DNA from: Kondoa subrosea
Taxonomy: Eukaryota
Direction of reading: 5' to 3'
NCBI GenBank assembly: GCA_039545335.1
Contig: BCIN01000001.1
Coordinates: 4,005,347 to 4,069,346, forward strand
Length of the DNA: 64,000 nt
A model generated the notes under the pieces. It ran no database searches. It saw nothing but the letters and a program-made list of their open reading frames with translations, and was not told the DNA's origin. Every line of letters starts with the position of its first letter. The first letter of the stretch is position 1. Shown piece by piece: positions 27,287 to 39,173 of this stretch. Made by a program: the position numbers and the translations under genes.

Positions 27287-29131
27287 ATGCCTCCTTCTAT
27301 TGAATCGCTCCAGCTTGCTCTAATCAAAGCCAAAAGCCTACCAGCTGATGAGAATCGTAGGTGATAACTCTATATGAATGTCCGAAGTCTGATCTGTTTC
27401 GTAGCATATCTCTACTACCATGAAGCGCTTCTCGATCTTGTAATACAGCCCGTAAGTCGCTCTCCCTTACTGGTTGAAAGTAACTCACCATATCAACAGC
27501 TCACTCCTGCTTTCTATATCTCTGTGTATATTTTCATTGGCTTGCTATCTATATCATTTCTACTCGCTGTGGGCACATTCTGCTTGCGAAAGAAAGCCAA
27601 GCATTTGTGAGCATTCGTCCGGTAGCCTTGGAGACAACGCTGATAGCCATACAGGTGGATCATGCGGAAGAAGGGTCAGCCATATGGATGAACCCCGACG
27701 AATGATGACTGATATTGCCCGCTTGTCTTAGACACAGGATATGGAACCCTCTATATACCAAACTCTACAACTCTCTTTATGATCTTCTCGTCTTTCTACT
27801 CAGTCTGTAGGTCCTGTATGATCTTTGGCTGTCTGTCGCTAATGCTGTGCAATAGTCGCGATTACTTTTCTTGGTATTGAGACAAGAGCATATCGTCATC
27901 TGCGAAGGTGAGTCACGGTCTTCTCACACGGTAAACCAGGCTGACATAGCTTTAGTCTAGGTCCAGCTCACTTCGTGAAGCCCTACTGCTGCACTCTCAT
28001 TATCTTCTCGGTAAGTTGCAGCATATGTGGCGATGGAAATGCTGACAATCATAATTCAGGTTCTTTGCGAAGCTCAAGGCATCATCATCCTACTCTTTTT
28101 GTCCACTCCAACTCGCCCACGGCTGTTTGGCGTCCCATACAACGCTATGACCATAAATCTTCTTTGCGCTTTCGCCTACATTGCAACGTTTGCAAGCATA
28201 GTCACCGGCTTTACGAGAGCTGCTATGCAGTGGACCAGTAGTCAAGAAACAATGGACACTCTTCTACACCTGATTGAAGTGAAGCAATCAGCTTGGCTTC
28301 CTGGTCAACCTTTTGTATATGACCCAAGCTGGACAAAATATCTTCTTCAATTTGGTATTTCAATGCTTGATGGCTTTGAACCCAAGGTTAGCAACTCCTT
28401 CAGGCACTTCTTCCATCCCTAATCTTGACATAAAGATTAGTTGGGGTTATAAGATCTTCCTCATCAACATCTTGGTCGTTACATCAGTTCGTTCATTCTT
28501 TTACAGGCTAATTTGATCTGACAAATCTATTAGATTTTCGTACCGCTCAGCATCTGCTATCTCCGTGTCCTCGGAAAGCAACTGCGGGAACTCAAGTCCT
28601 TCTCCAACCCATCGACGCGCCACGAGTCGGTTCAGACAGGCGTTATGCGTAAATTGCGACGAGACTACCAGAGCATGTACGTTTTACCTACTCGATACGT
28701 TAATTCGTTGTTAATGACTTCTTACAGGTTAGCAGAAGCGGCAGTAGTCGTATTTGCGGCGTTAGCATACTCTGGCCTGTATGCAGCTAGTGGCTTTGAA
28801 TTCTTCCAGCTTATGACAAAGACTTCTTCTGTCTCATTCATCATGTCAAGCAATATAGGTATCTACACAATGCTGACACTCGCAGTCAAGTAAGGATCTG
28901 TATCTAGCTCTTGTATCTCACTGACGATCAGATAGCGCTTTACTTTTCGCTCGAGCCTGGCATGGACACAAGTCAGATGGCAAAGCAATTCCGGCAGAAA
29001 GTGTCAGCACTGCCAGTCTTCAGCTGCCGGTACAAGCGAATCACAAAACTCAGACTATCGTCATCACTAGGGACAAGATGCAAGACAAAGACGATATCGT
29101 GTTGATCGATCCGTGTGGTCATCTGGGTTGA
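27287..29131 (+). CDS. Hypothetical multi-pass membrane protein, about 7 TM segments
   Basis: About 10 exons with GT-AG introns; seven hydrophobic segments after manual splicing; no recognised family motif. Confidence 0.65.
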
Positions 29132-29388
29132 TTTTCGCTGCGACACAAGTATATTCTCATCCGTGTTCGATAGAAGTGTATTCAGGGTCCTAATAAGTGT
29201 GCATAAATATTATCTTCGATGTTTGTGCATCCCCGCAGGAGTCTCTATTAGACGCGCAGTGACAACCTCAGGCTCAATTGTGCCAATATACCATGAGTAT
29301 AAAATTAAATAGCATGTCATACAAGATAGGCTATGAACAACAGACGAAATACATAAGATTATTCATTGATGCGACTTACTTCCGACTA

Positions 29389-30952
29389 TCAGTTGTTGGA
29401 GATAGCTTGCATCCTGGAAACGAAAAGAAAATCATTCTGGGCTCTAGTTGGGGATCTGAAGACCCACATTCCAGCATTACTGATAGCAGCCATCGGATCT
29501 TCACTAGCTGCGTGACCACCTTCGAAAGTATCGTTTGCAGCCAAAGCATTCGCTTGAACGCTTCCCATGCCTTGCAATGACATCTGGAAAGGCAATAAGC
29601 ATGAGATCCAATTGTTCTTATTGCTTTGAACAATGCACTCACAGGAACGAAGATGACTTTGGAACCGCTTGATTTAGCCATATTCTGCAATGCATCGAGT
29701 TGACGAATTTGGATAGCAGCAGGAGAAGACAAGATATCGGCAGCTTCTCTCATCAATCTTGCAGAGTCTACTTCAGCTTTAGCAGCGACTAAGAGAGAAA
29801 GAGGAACATTGTCAAAAGGATCAGGTGCAGGAGGAAAGACTAAACATACTGATACGAGATTCACCGATTCTCTTTGCTTGTGCGGCAGAAGAAAGCGATT
29901 GTTGAAGTTCTTGACTGAAGAGAATATCCCTCACTATCAAAGCAAGCATTAGCTACCGTTCTTTCGCAACTTAAGAGATGTAACAACGTACCAAGCACAC
30001 TTTCTACTTGAACGCCCCAAGTCTGGGTAACACCTTCCAGAATTTCTTCTACTTCTCTTGCGATCTCTTCACGCTCAACAATAACTTGTTGAACCGTTCG
30101 AGCACCCATGATTTGACGAAGCGTAGATTGAGCACGTTCAGTAAGAGCGGATCGGATGTCAGCGATTCCAAAGGCAGCCTTGTATGGGTTTGTGATGTGC
30201 CAGTAAACGCTTGAATCCAACGAAATGTTGACCTTAGACTGAAATGAGCAAAAAAAGACGATCATTGAAGTAAATCCAGACTGACGTTGTCTCTGGTCAT
30301 GACGGTCTGACTAGGAATAGTGAGAACCTGGATCTGCACATTGACGGTACGGAGCTAAATAGTAGCGCTGAGTATGGTCGCATGTAAGTCAAGAGTAAAT
30401 GACTCACAGTTTCAGTGAAGGGATTCAATTTCACAAGACCTGGGTCTGCAGCCTTGTAGAAAGCTCCATATCGACTGATCAAACCAACTGATCCTTGAAC
30501 AACGTTCTTGTATGGATTTGGGCAGCAGAAGCAGCATGGAATAGCTATTTCCAACCAAGATGAGATTCCGATCTCAAGAAGTTCAGACTAACAGAAACTC
30601 ACATCCTAATGTACCAGCAACGTCACCAAGAGCATTCATCATACGTCCATAGAATCCAGCATCTTTAGAAGGATCGATACCAGTATCGTGCGCGTATGAA
30701 GGCTACAATCGGAAATTAGCCACCAGAAAACATATGTTGCTATCTTTGGCATTTACCTGCATTTCATGCTTCCTTAAAGGCTGTATAGAGGTAGTAAGCT
30801 AAGTGAGAGACCTTAGGGACAGAGAATAGACCCACTTCAACGGCGATCAAAGGTTTGATGGAATTCTGATTACTTTGAGCTGACATCGAGTGTTCGTGAT
30901 TGCCGTTCATATCAATGGTCTTGTGTGGATCTTGAGTATATGTGGTGGACAT
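29389..30952 (-). CDS. Stomatin-like SPFH/Band-7 protein
   Basis: IPCCFCCPNPYKNVVQGSVGLISRYG, ERAQSTLR, WGVQVES, AKAEVDSARLMREAADILSSPAAIQIRQLDAL. Confidence 0.93.
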
Positions 30953-31433
30953 CTTTCTTTGCTTAAACTGTGGTAGTTTTAGATTGAGAAAGTGAGGAAT
31001 TGAAATGACAAAGCGGGGGAAAACCAAGATATCGGCAAGAAAGCTCGGCAAGAGATAATGCGGACTCTGGGCGAAGGGAAAGAGCAGGAGCAGAGTAAAG
31101 TGATAGCTAGCGGGCTGTGCAGGATGATGATAGGTTTCCAATCCGCCTGCACCGCCTTGACATCAGCAGACAGCTCTGGTCCAGTTACGTATTGTGTTGA
31201 TATATGCGCGTAAGTCGCGACGCAGCTGCTCTGAACATAAGAAGCTGGCTGCACTATCAGAATTGACACAGAGAGTGCAAGAAAAGAACGAAGGGAGAAA
31301 GAGAAACGCATCATCATGTGCACCGCAACAAATACAAAAGTATCACAGGTATAGCAGGAAACAGCAGAGAACGACAGAACATGACTCACTTGGGGAATGG
31401 CCTTCGAGTGGCAGCTGAATGTCAAGAAACCAA

Positions 31434-31467
31434 ACTAGACTCGCTCTTCTACTAGACTCGCTCTTCT
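31434..31467. repeat. Perfect 17-bp tandem duplication (ACTAGACTCGCTCTTCT x2)
   Basis: Units at 31434-31450 and 31451-31467, just upstream of the PPC decarboxylase start. Confidence 0.95.
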
Positions 31468-31481
31468 CACAACAGCCAAAC

Positions 31482-31493
31482 ATGATTCCCTGA
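31482..31493 (+). promoter_or_regulatory. 3-codon uORF (M-I-P-stop) whose TGA overlaps the PPC decarboxylase ATG (TGATG)
   Basis: Sequence AAAC ATG ATT CCC TGA TG; uAUG has A at -3, the main AUG has C at -3. Function inferred only. Confidence 0.5.
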
Positions 31494-32652
31494 TGTCAGC
31501 TATACCCTTCAGCCTGCCAGATCATGCACCATCAATAGCAGGAGAAGCTTTAATTCGCTATCCTCATCGAGCTTTGCATGTCTTGATAGCGACGACTGGA
31601 AGTGTCGCGAGCATAAAATTGTGGAATATCGTCGAAGAGCTGCTCAAGGTACATCTCAGGTTGTTTATGCTGTTTGATATCGGCCGAATTCCATCGCTTC
31701 GTCGCTTTCTCAACGATATGGAGATGAACAAGCTGGGCAATGAAGGTTCACGCTGTGTCCACTCTGCTTGTTACGCTCTGCTGTCACTCGTTTTGCCTCA
31801 ATACCTGTCACTTAATCGCTAGGAACTCCAGATGTGGCCTAATCTTCTGTCTCATATGTTTCGTCTTTGGCTCGAACATTCCCACTGACGATCTTGAAGC
31901 TTATGCCAAATTCATTCTGTAGTATCGCAACATCTACATTCAGATCATCTCGACGGCTTCTTCTTTGAATCTCATCGATCAATCCCAAATTGATGAATTC
32001 ACAAGTCGAGGTGTACGACTTTGGAAAGATGAAGATGAATGGAATGTCTGTGCTCATTCAGCTCATCTCAAGAGATATAGCTGATGAATAGTTCAGACTT
32101 GGAAGAGCGTCGCTGATCCGATACTACATATCGAGGCAAATCAGACACTCTGAATCATAAGCTTAGGCTTATTCTTTGGATGTCTTTTTGCAGTTACGTA
32201 GATGGGCAGATATAGTTCTCGTCGCTCCTTGTTCAGCAAATACATTAGCAAAGATTGCAAACGGTCTATCAGACAACCTTCTTGTTCGTGTTTTCCATTT
32301 TCAACTCTTCTCTTACAGCTCACTTATTATTCGCAGACATCACTTTTAAGAGCTCTCAACCCACTTGATACTACTGTCTACCTCTTCCCTGCTATGAACA
32401 CTCAAATGTTTTATCATCCTTTTACCGCTAAACATCTCAAAGTCGTTCAGGAAGAATTAGGCTATACCGTTTTGGGACCGATTAAGAAAGCATTAGCTTG
32501 TGGAGATGATGGTGAGTTTCTTTCCCCTCTTAGGCTATATAAGCTTGATATTAATGTCGGACCAAGGTATGGGAGCGATGTTGGAATGGAAAGAGATTGT
32601 CAAGACTGTTGTGGATAAATATTCGTTACAACTCAAGGAAGATGTAGAGTAG
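31493..32652 (+). CDS. Phosphopantothenoylcysteine decarboxylase (HFCD flavoprotein, Hal3/Cab3/PPCDC family)
   Basis: LIATTGSVASIK, DEDEW, LHIELRRWAD, APCSANTLAKIANGLSDNLL, PAMNT, LACGDDGMGAM. The catalytic His and Cys are both present. Confidence 0.93.
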
Positions 32653-32734
32653 TGTAGCGCATAGACAACAGTGTAAATTCGATTGGAATACTTCGCCAAC
32701 GCTCCTTGACCTCAAACCAATTCATTGTTTAAAC

Positions 32735-34114
32735 ATGTCTGGCCATTCATCAATGTCTGAAGCACAGCGGCATGCAAAACTTGAGAAGCAACGAGAGAAG
32801 AACCGAGTGAGTTTACCCTGCTCCTTTTGTACTGCCCGCATTCCAAATTGTTGATGTTGATTGTCCAAGTATATAGCAAGAAATCGCTCAAGCTAAAGAT
32901 GATCTCTTACAAGAATCTTCTCGAGATCGAACTTCTGTTCATAGGTTTGTTGGAAAACAAGATAGTGTTGAAGAATCTTTGAAAATGCAAACAATGGGTT
33001 TACAACGTTTGGAAGATTTTACTGCTAAAAAGAAAGCTTTGGAAGAGCAAAGAGCTAGAGAAGCTGCTCAGACTGCTGAATTACAAGAAAAGGAGCAGCG
33101 TAAGAAACTCAAAAAGGGCAAGAAGGACAAGAAGTCGAAACTGTCCTTTGCTGGTGTTGAGGACGAAGAGGAGGAACTCGACGATGGTATGTATCTGATG
33201 AGGTAGGCCTTGTGATTGTGTACTTATTATAAGTAATAGATCGACCAAACAAACGAGCCAAACTAAGCAAGAACCCAACTGTTGATACTACTTTCTTACC
33301 TGATCGAGAAAGAGAAGAAGCGGAAAGGCGTACGAGGGAGGAACTGCGTCAGGAATGGCTCAAACGGCAGGAAGAGATTAAAGGCGAGACTATCAATGTC
33401 GTTTTCTCTTATTGGGATGGATCTGGTCATCGGAAAGATGTGGATGTGCGTCCAGCCCTTATCTTTCAATACACCTTTGTCTTATGATTCAACAGTGCAA
33501 GAAAGGCGATACTATAGCACAATTCCTCGAAAAAGCGAAAGCGCTCTTTCCTGAAATTCGAGGTGTCTCAGTGGACAACCTGATGTACATTGTGAGTGAT
33601 CCTGAGAGTTGTGTATTCCTGATACTTAACTCTTTTGGTACTTCCACAGAAAGAAGATCTGATCATCCCTCATGTATGTTGCTCCCCTATTCCTTGACAA
33701 ATAATGATCTGACTCTGTAACAGCATCATACCTTCTACGAGTTCGTCCTTCCATCTTTCTCCCTTTGCTAACTTACTGATCTTGCAGCGAACAGTTTCAT
33801 AGTTTCAAAAGCTCGAGGCAAATCAGGACCTCTCTTCTCCTTTGACGTACACGAAGACGTTCGTCTAATCCACGACGCTCGAATAGAAAAAGATGAATCC
33901 CATGCTGGTAAAGTATGCGAAAGGATTTGGTACACTCACAATATGCATATCTTCCCTGCTTCAAGGTGAGTGAGAGACAGTTTTCGCGTCATCGTGTTTT
34001 TGTGGAAAAGGATCGGAAAAACTGATGGTGATGTTTAGGTGGGAGACGTATACTGCTGGGAAAGAGTATGGTCAAGATGGCTACAAGATCAGAGATAAAG
34101 GTAGTCGAGGCTAA
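32735..34114 (+). CDS. XAP5/FAM50 family nuclear protein
   Basis: [80 protein letters not shown]. Confidence 0.93.
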
Positions 34115-34719
34115 ATTGTTATGCAGCAGTAGAGGCATTCCTGAAGTAGTACATCGTAAATATCAAGTCATCCATTAGCGCATAGCTTCTTCTGCTCTTC
34201 TTCTCTCCCTCCTCTTCTTCCTTCACGAGCCGTCTCCTTACTAGAGTTGGAGCAATACTTGATATGCAAATCAAGGTCTTGATTCCCGCTTCAGTACGTG
34301 AGGCAAAAATGCTGAAGAAGCATTCGTTGTGATCCATTTGGACGGCGTCCGAGAGATGGGGCAAATCCACGTGCGGCCGTCTCAGGCAATTGAGATGAAA
34401 CCCGTTTCGCGGTTTTCCGCAATCGCGAGTCGGCGCGCTTCAGCAGAAGTTCAGAACATACGAGGCTCGAAGTATTCAAAATTGGGAAAGAGGGAGAAAA
34501 TCAAACATGAGCAGGTCAAAGAAGAATTGGGGATATTTGACAGATTTGAAAAAGGGGCCTCCAGATGCTGCACGCCTCAGTAGTAGTAGGTTGACGCATA
34601 GTCGTGTAATATATACAGATACAAGTCTGCGTTTGGCTAATTCAGCCAGGGAACACCGAAAATGACACAGAAGGAGACGTACGGAAACAACAACCATCAA
34701 CAATCCTTTCGCTGCTCAA

Positions 34720-36040
34720 TCATTTTGCTATCCCAACTTCTTGCTCATCTACTTCTGTATTCCGACTAACGACAAATCGATCTTCCAAACTCCCACTCTC
34801 AACAGCTTCATTCCCTTCCCTCCCCATATTCGTATTCGTAGTGGTAGTAGTAGTAGAAGTGAGGGGAACAGGATCGACCAACATTTCATTCCCAGTAGAT
34901 TTAGTATCCAATTCATCCACTCTACCAGCAATCAATACTCCTTCGTTTTCCATTCTTTGTCTTTTCGTATTAAGGGGTACATCTTCTTCTTCTGCAGATA
35001 AAGATAAATGACCAGCCATTATTGGACTACTTGATTGCTGTAACGTTAAAGTTTCGTTTAATTGAGGTGAAGGTGATCTAGATCTTAACCATGGAATAGG
35101 TGATAAGATTGGCATAGCGTGATTTGAGTGATTGGAAGAAGTAGTAGAAGAAGAAGAGGTGGAAGAAACGGAAGAAGCACGAGATCGAGGTTGTTGAACG
35201 GTTCCGAACACTCCGTTGAGTTGAGGTTCTGGTTCGGATGAAGGTGGATAAGTTGAAGTTGAAGAAGTTATCAGTAGACATCGAGTTAGTGCTCGAAGAT
35301 ATTGCGGTAGCGAGTGGGAGCTGATTTATGAATGAGCGAGATGCATGCATTTAAAGGGGAGACGTACTAAGATGGAGCAGGGGAAAGAGCTAGTTCAGCT
35401 AATCGCTGAATGGTGAATGGTGCAGATGCAGGAGAGCAGGCTATCAGTCAATTATAAGCCCGGACTACGGTGCATAGGATGGATGAACGCACGAAAGGAG
35501 TCAAGGAGAGAAAAGACTTTGCCTCGAGCTGCAGAAATTTCAACTGGATCCATAGGCCAGGGAGGTCTGTGCCGGGCAAATACGTAGAATCAGTACGAGA
35601 CTGATGCTGCGTATTCTCACGCACGAAGCAGCTTTGTCGAACAGAGTGTTCTCATTCTGCTTGAACTTGTCGATGTGCTGTGCGTACCACCTATTACCAA
35701 GCGCAAGAATGCACACAGCGATAAGTGAACGCACCTGATCTATCTTTGCTTCTATAGCTTGCTTTACATAGTCCCAATTCGACGGGAGTTCATCGCTCGA
35801 AGCTATCTCGACAACATTGAGCTAAACCGAACAGGCTAGAAAGTATGAATGGGGAACTGGACCTATTTGTTTCAGGATCCGTTCCTCGTCTGTCTCCTGA
35901 GCAGCGGGCGGAGGTAAGATAGGCATAGAAGTGGAAATGGCCATAACCTGATCTGCGGTCGAATGAGGATTTACACCTTCTGTCGTAGATTGAATGTGGT
36001 GTTCCAGTACAGGTCGACCTAATCCAAGCTCGTTCGCCAT
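34720..36040 (-). CDS. Protein phosphatase 4 regulatory subunit PPP4R2/Psy4-like
   Basis: Spliced ILKQIASSDELPSNWDYVKQAI, APFTIQRLAELAL and YLRALTRCLLITS (PPP4R2-type motifs), followed by a Ser-rich/acidic tail. Start codon uncertain. Confidence 0.8.
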
Positions 36041-36129
36041 TTGTATGTGTGTGTCACCTGCTCGATAACGGACGAAATATTCAGAATATGCATGCTTTTC
36101 CGTGTACAACCGATTTTCATAGAGGAAGG

Positions 36130-36773
36130 ATGGTCTCGCTGTTTGACTATTTCCTACCTAGCGTACAGGCAGAAGAGCCTAAAGCAGATGCGAAAGAGGA
36201 GACTCACGATGAGGGAAGCAGCAGCGAAGGCAAGACAGAATCAGAGGGAGGCAATAATGAAGTAGCTTCAAAGGATGACAAGGCTGAATCAGGCGATGCG
36301 GAAGAGAAGGAGGAGGAGGAGGCACCAGCTGAGGAAGAGGAGGAAGAAGAGGAAGAGCCAGAAGATGTGCGTTCCCAAGTCCAACGAAATATCGGTGATA
36401 TTGACTGACTCCTGCGATTCTCATCTCCAGGCTGCTCCTGCTATTCAGGAAGGTAAAGACGAGACCTGAAGGTGGCCGATCTTTGTGTTGACCCAGTGTG
36501 GAACAGCCTGTGCCAACTCAAAAGGTTGCGCTTCAGCAAAGCACCATTTCGAAGAATGCGCCTCAAGAGTCTCAAGTGGAAATGGACACAAGGGTGAAGA
36601 TTGCGTTGAAGAGTTCTGTATGTCATTCTTTTCTCTAATGCCTGTCCATGCTGATCGGTCGATAGTCCATTTGAGGCATTGCGTTGATCAATGCGCAAGC
36701 GCTAAGGTAGGTCTAAACTTATAACTTGCAGCTGATGCTTACATGTATGCAGATATTCGCCGCATTGAAGTAG
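36130..36773 (+). CDS. QCR6: Cytochrome bc1 complex hinge subunit 6
   Basis: Highly acidic N-terminus, EEPED, CANSKGC, HHFEECASRV, EDCVEEF, HCVDQC, KIFAALK. Confidence 0.93.
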
Positions 36774-36931
36774 ATATAGGTCTGCACATATTAGCGATCA
36801 AAAACTTTTGGGGGTCAACAGCTTTGCATAAACGTCCAATACAACAGCAGTACATACAGCAACAAAACATTTCCTCGACAAACTGATAGCCGATCCCTTT
36901 TCTTACTATCTTTCGTTTCTTTTCTTTTCTG

Positions 36932-39173
36932 TTATTCGTGTGGTTTAGTCCAGTGCGCCTGAACGTGAATCCCGCTGCTTGATCGATCGCTCCTTTCACT
37001 TCCACACATCCTTTCTCGACTGATTTGTACATCCAGGAAATGGGATGCGATAGAGTACGAGTATGAAACCCTCTTCAATGTATGAACTTTCGCTGCTAAA
37101 TGTTTCGCATCGACAAGCATAAGACTGTTGATGAAGCAAGCGTTCACTGTCTGATAGACTCTTCAATAAAAATAAATCTTACTCTGTCAGCGTCCGTCCT
37201 GAGGAATCTGGCGCTTTGGGGATCGAATCTTCTATCTTCCCTCCATTACTTGCTGCAGTAGAAGAAACCAAGAAAGGATATCGAGAATGATTGATCTCTA
37301 CCGTTCTCAACAAAGCGAAAGATGATAAAGCAGAACCATAATCGTCCCTAATTTTCATGCCAAATAAGTACTTTCACAACAGCGATCTGAGAGAGAGATA
37401 CTCACATGCCATATCTACCTGCTGTCCAATTGACAGACCGAGTTCTTACTTTCCTACCCTCCGAAACGCTCAAAGTCTCTTCCGCTTCTTCAGCAGAATG
37501 GATTCTCAAATCTTCAACATCCTCGAACTGTGCGGAAACATTTTCGACTGAGCATACCACCTTAAGGTAAATTCGAATGTCTTTGCACGCACATAAGCAG
37601 CTAGATTGACCAATAACTTAGGTTCAAAGACTTCTGCTGAAATTCGAGAGATTTCCAATTTCTTTACTGAAGGTGTACCTAATGTTCGAGCGAACCGAAC
37701 GATAGTTTCCAAATTGAGTGGAGCGAAGTGAGAAATGACTAAAGTGTGTAAGTTGGTACGATAGACTGATTCGCCTTCATAGGCCGCTATTTACCAACAA
37801 TTTAGCATAGTAAGAAGATGAGAGCGGGCATGGGGAAATAAAAGCTTACTTGCACTCTCTAGTACATCAAGCAATACTTCTTGTGTTCCATAACCGATTC
37901 GCAAACTACCTAATCGTTGCCATTGTGATTTTGTCAACCAAGACAAGCCTTCAGGTGGTACAAGCGCTTCTAAGTTTTCCAACCTTGTGCAATGTCTCAA
38001 CAAAGGTCTCCAAACCGCTAATTTGCAATCGTTGAGTTTGAGTGAGTAGCAAGATTTGCCCAAGAGAGAAGCGAATGTATGACCGTCATCTAGGTTTGCT
38101 ATTCTGCTCAATGATAAAGAAGTGATTTTGCAGCCTGATTCTTCGACTGCCAAAGCTAATGATGATGGCAAAGCGATTCTAGTTTCTCGGGGTCCAATGA
38201 TACGTAGATCGGTCAGGTTGGGTAATTTAGACATGGCTTTGGCTGCTCGTGCAATATAAGCATCGCTATCGTGTCTTTGATCAGGAGAAGAAAGGTCGAG
38301 AGTGAAGGTGTTGATTGCTGTAAAGAGCGATTCTTCGTCGTCATAAAGCGACTTTTGAAGTGTTGTCAGGCGGATCATAGCAAGAGGCTAATCTCAAAGT
38401 CAGTATCTCAGACGCAGAATAACAATTCTCTTCACCTCGGAAGTCCTCGTCGTCCAGCCTATCAACAAAGATCAGCATGAAGAATGACATTATAGTGATC
38501 AAATAGGCAGCTTACGTTCAGAGCCATCATCGACTTCTTCCGTTGGAGGGGGTTTCTTCGATTTGGCTGCAGGCTTTCGCATCGGCTTGTCGTGCGATTC
38601 CTCGGATCTAGTGCGCTCATGACTTCGCCAGGCTTCAATCTTGCCGACGCTCTTCTCCACTAGAGGTGATCTCGGAGGTTCAGCAGCCGGTCTTCTTTCC
38701 TTTCGCAGTCTTGAGGAGGAAGAAGCTTGAGAGTCAGAGATTGAAGGCTGACGTCGATGTCTTGAGCTTGACCGTTCTCTTTCGGATTGACGCCGCGGTG
38801 AGAGTTCCTCTTCGTAGTCTTCTTCATCCTCGTAATACCGTTCAGCTCTTCCGCGGCTTCGTTCGGATCTAGATCCAGCAAAATGACTCGGCGAAGGCGC
38901 CCAGGGAGGTGAGCCAGGAGAGAAAGCCATGGGCTAGTGAACCAAAGAAGCTTCTCATCATTGTCTGTTCAATGTCAAGCATCAACATAAGCTAACCTCA
39001 GGAGACCAACCAGGTCGGACAGCAGCAGGGGCAGATCTGGCAGACCGATTTGAAGCTAAATCACCGTAATAGGTTTGATATCTTTCGGATCGTTGTTCGA
39101 TAGATTCTAAGGGCATAGGGTGGCTGATAGAGTTGCCTCTGATCCTGGATTTGCCTTTACTGCCGAAAACCAT
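36932..39173 (-). CDS. Hypothetical protein: Arg/Ser-rich N-terminus plus RNI/LRR-like region
   Basis: Multi-exon; LxxLxL repeats (LPNLTDLRI, ITSLSLS, LENLEA, LGSLRI, VKKLEIS). Confidence 0.6.
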
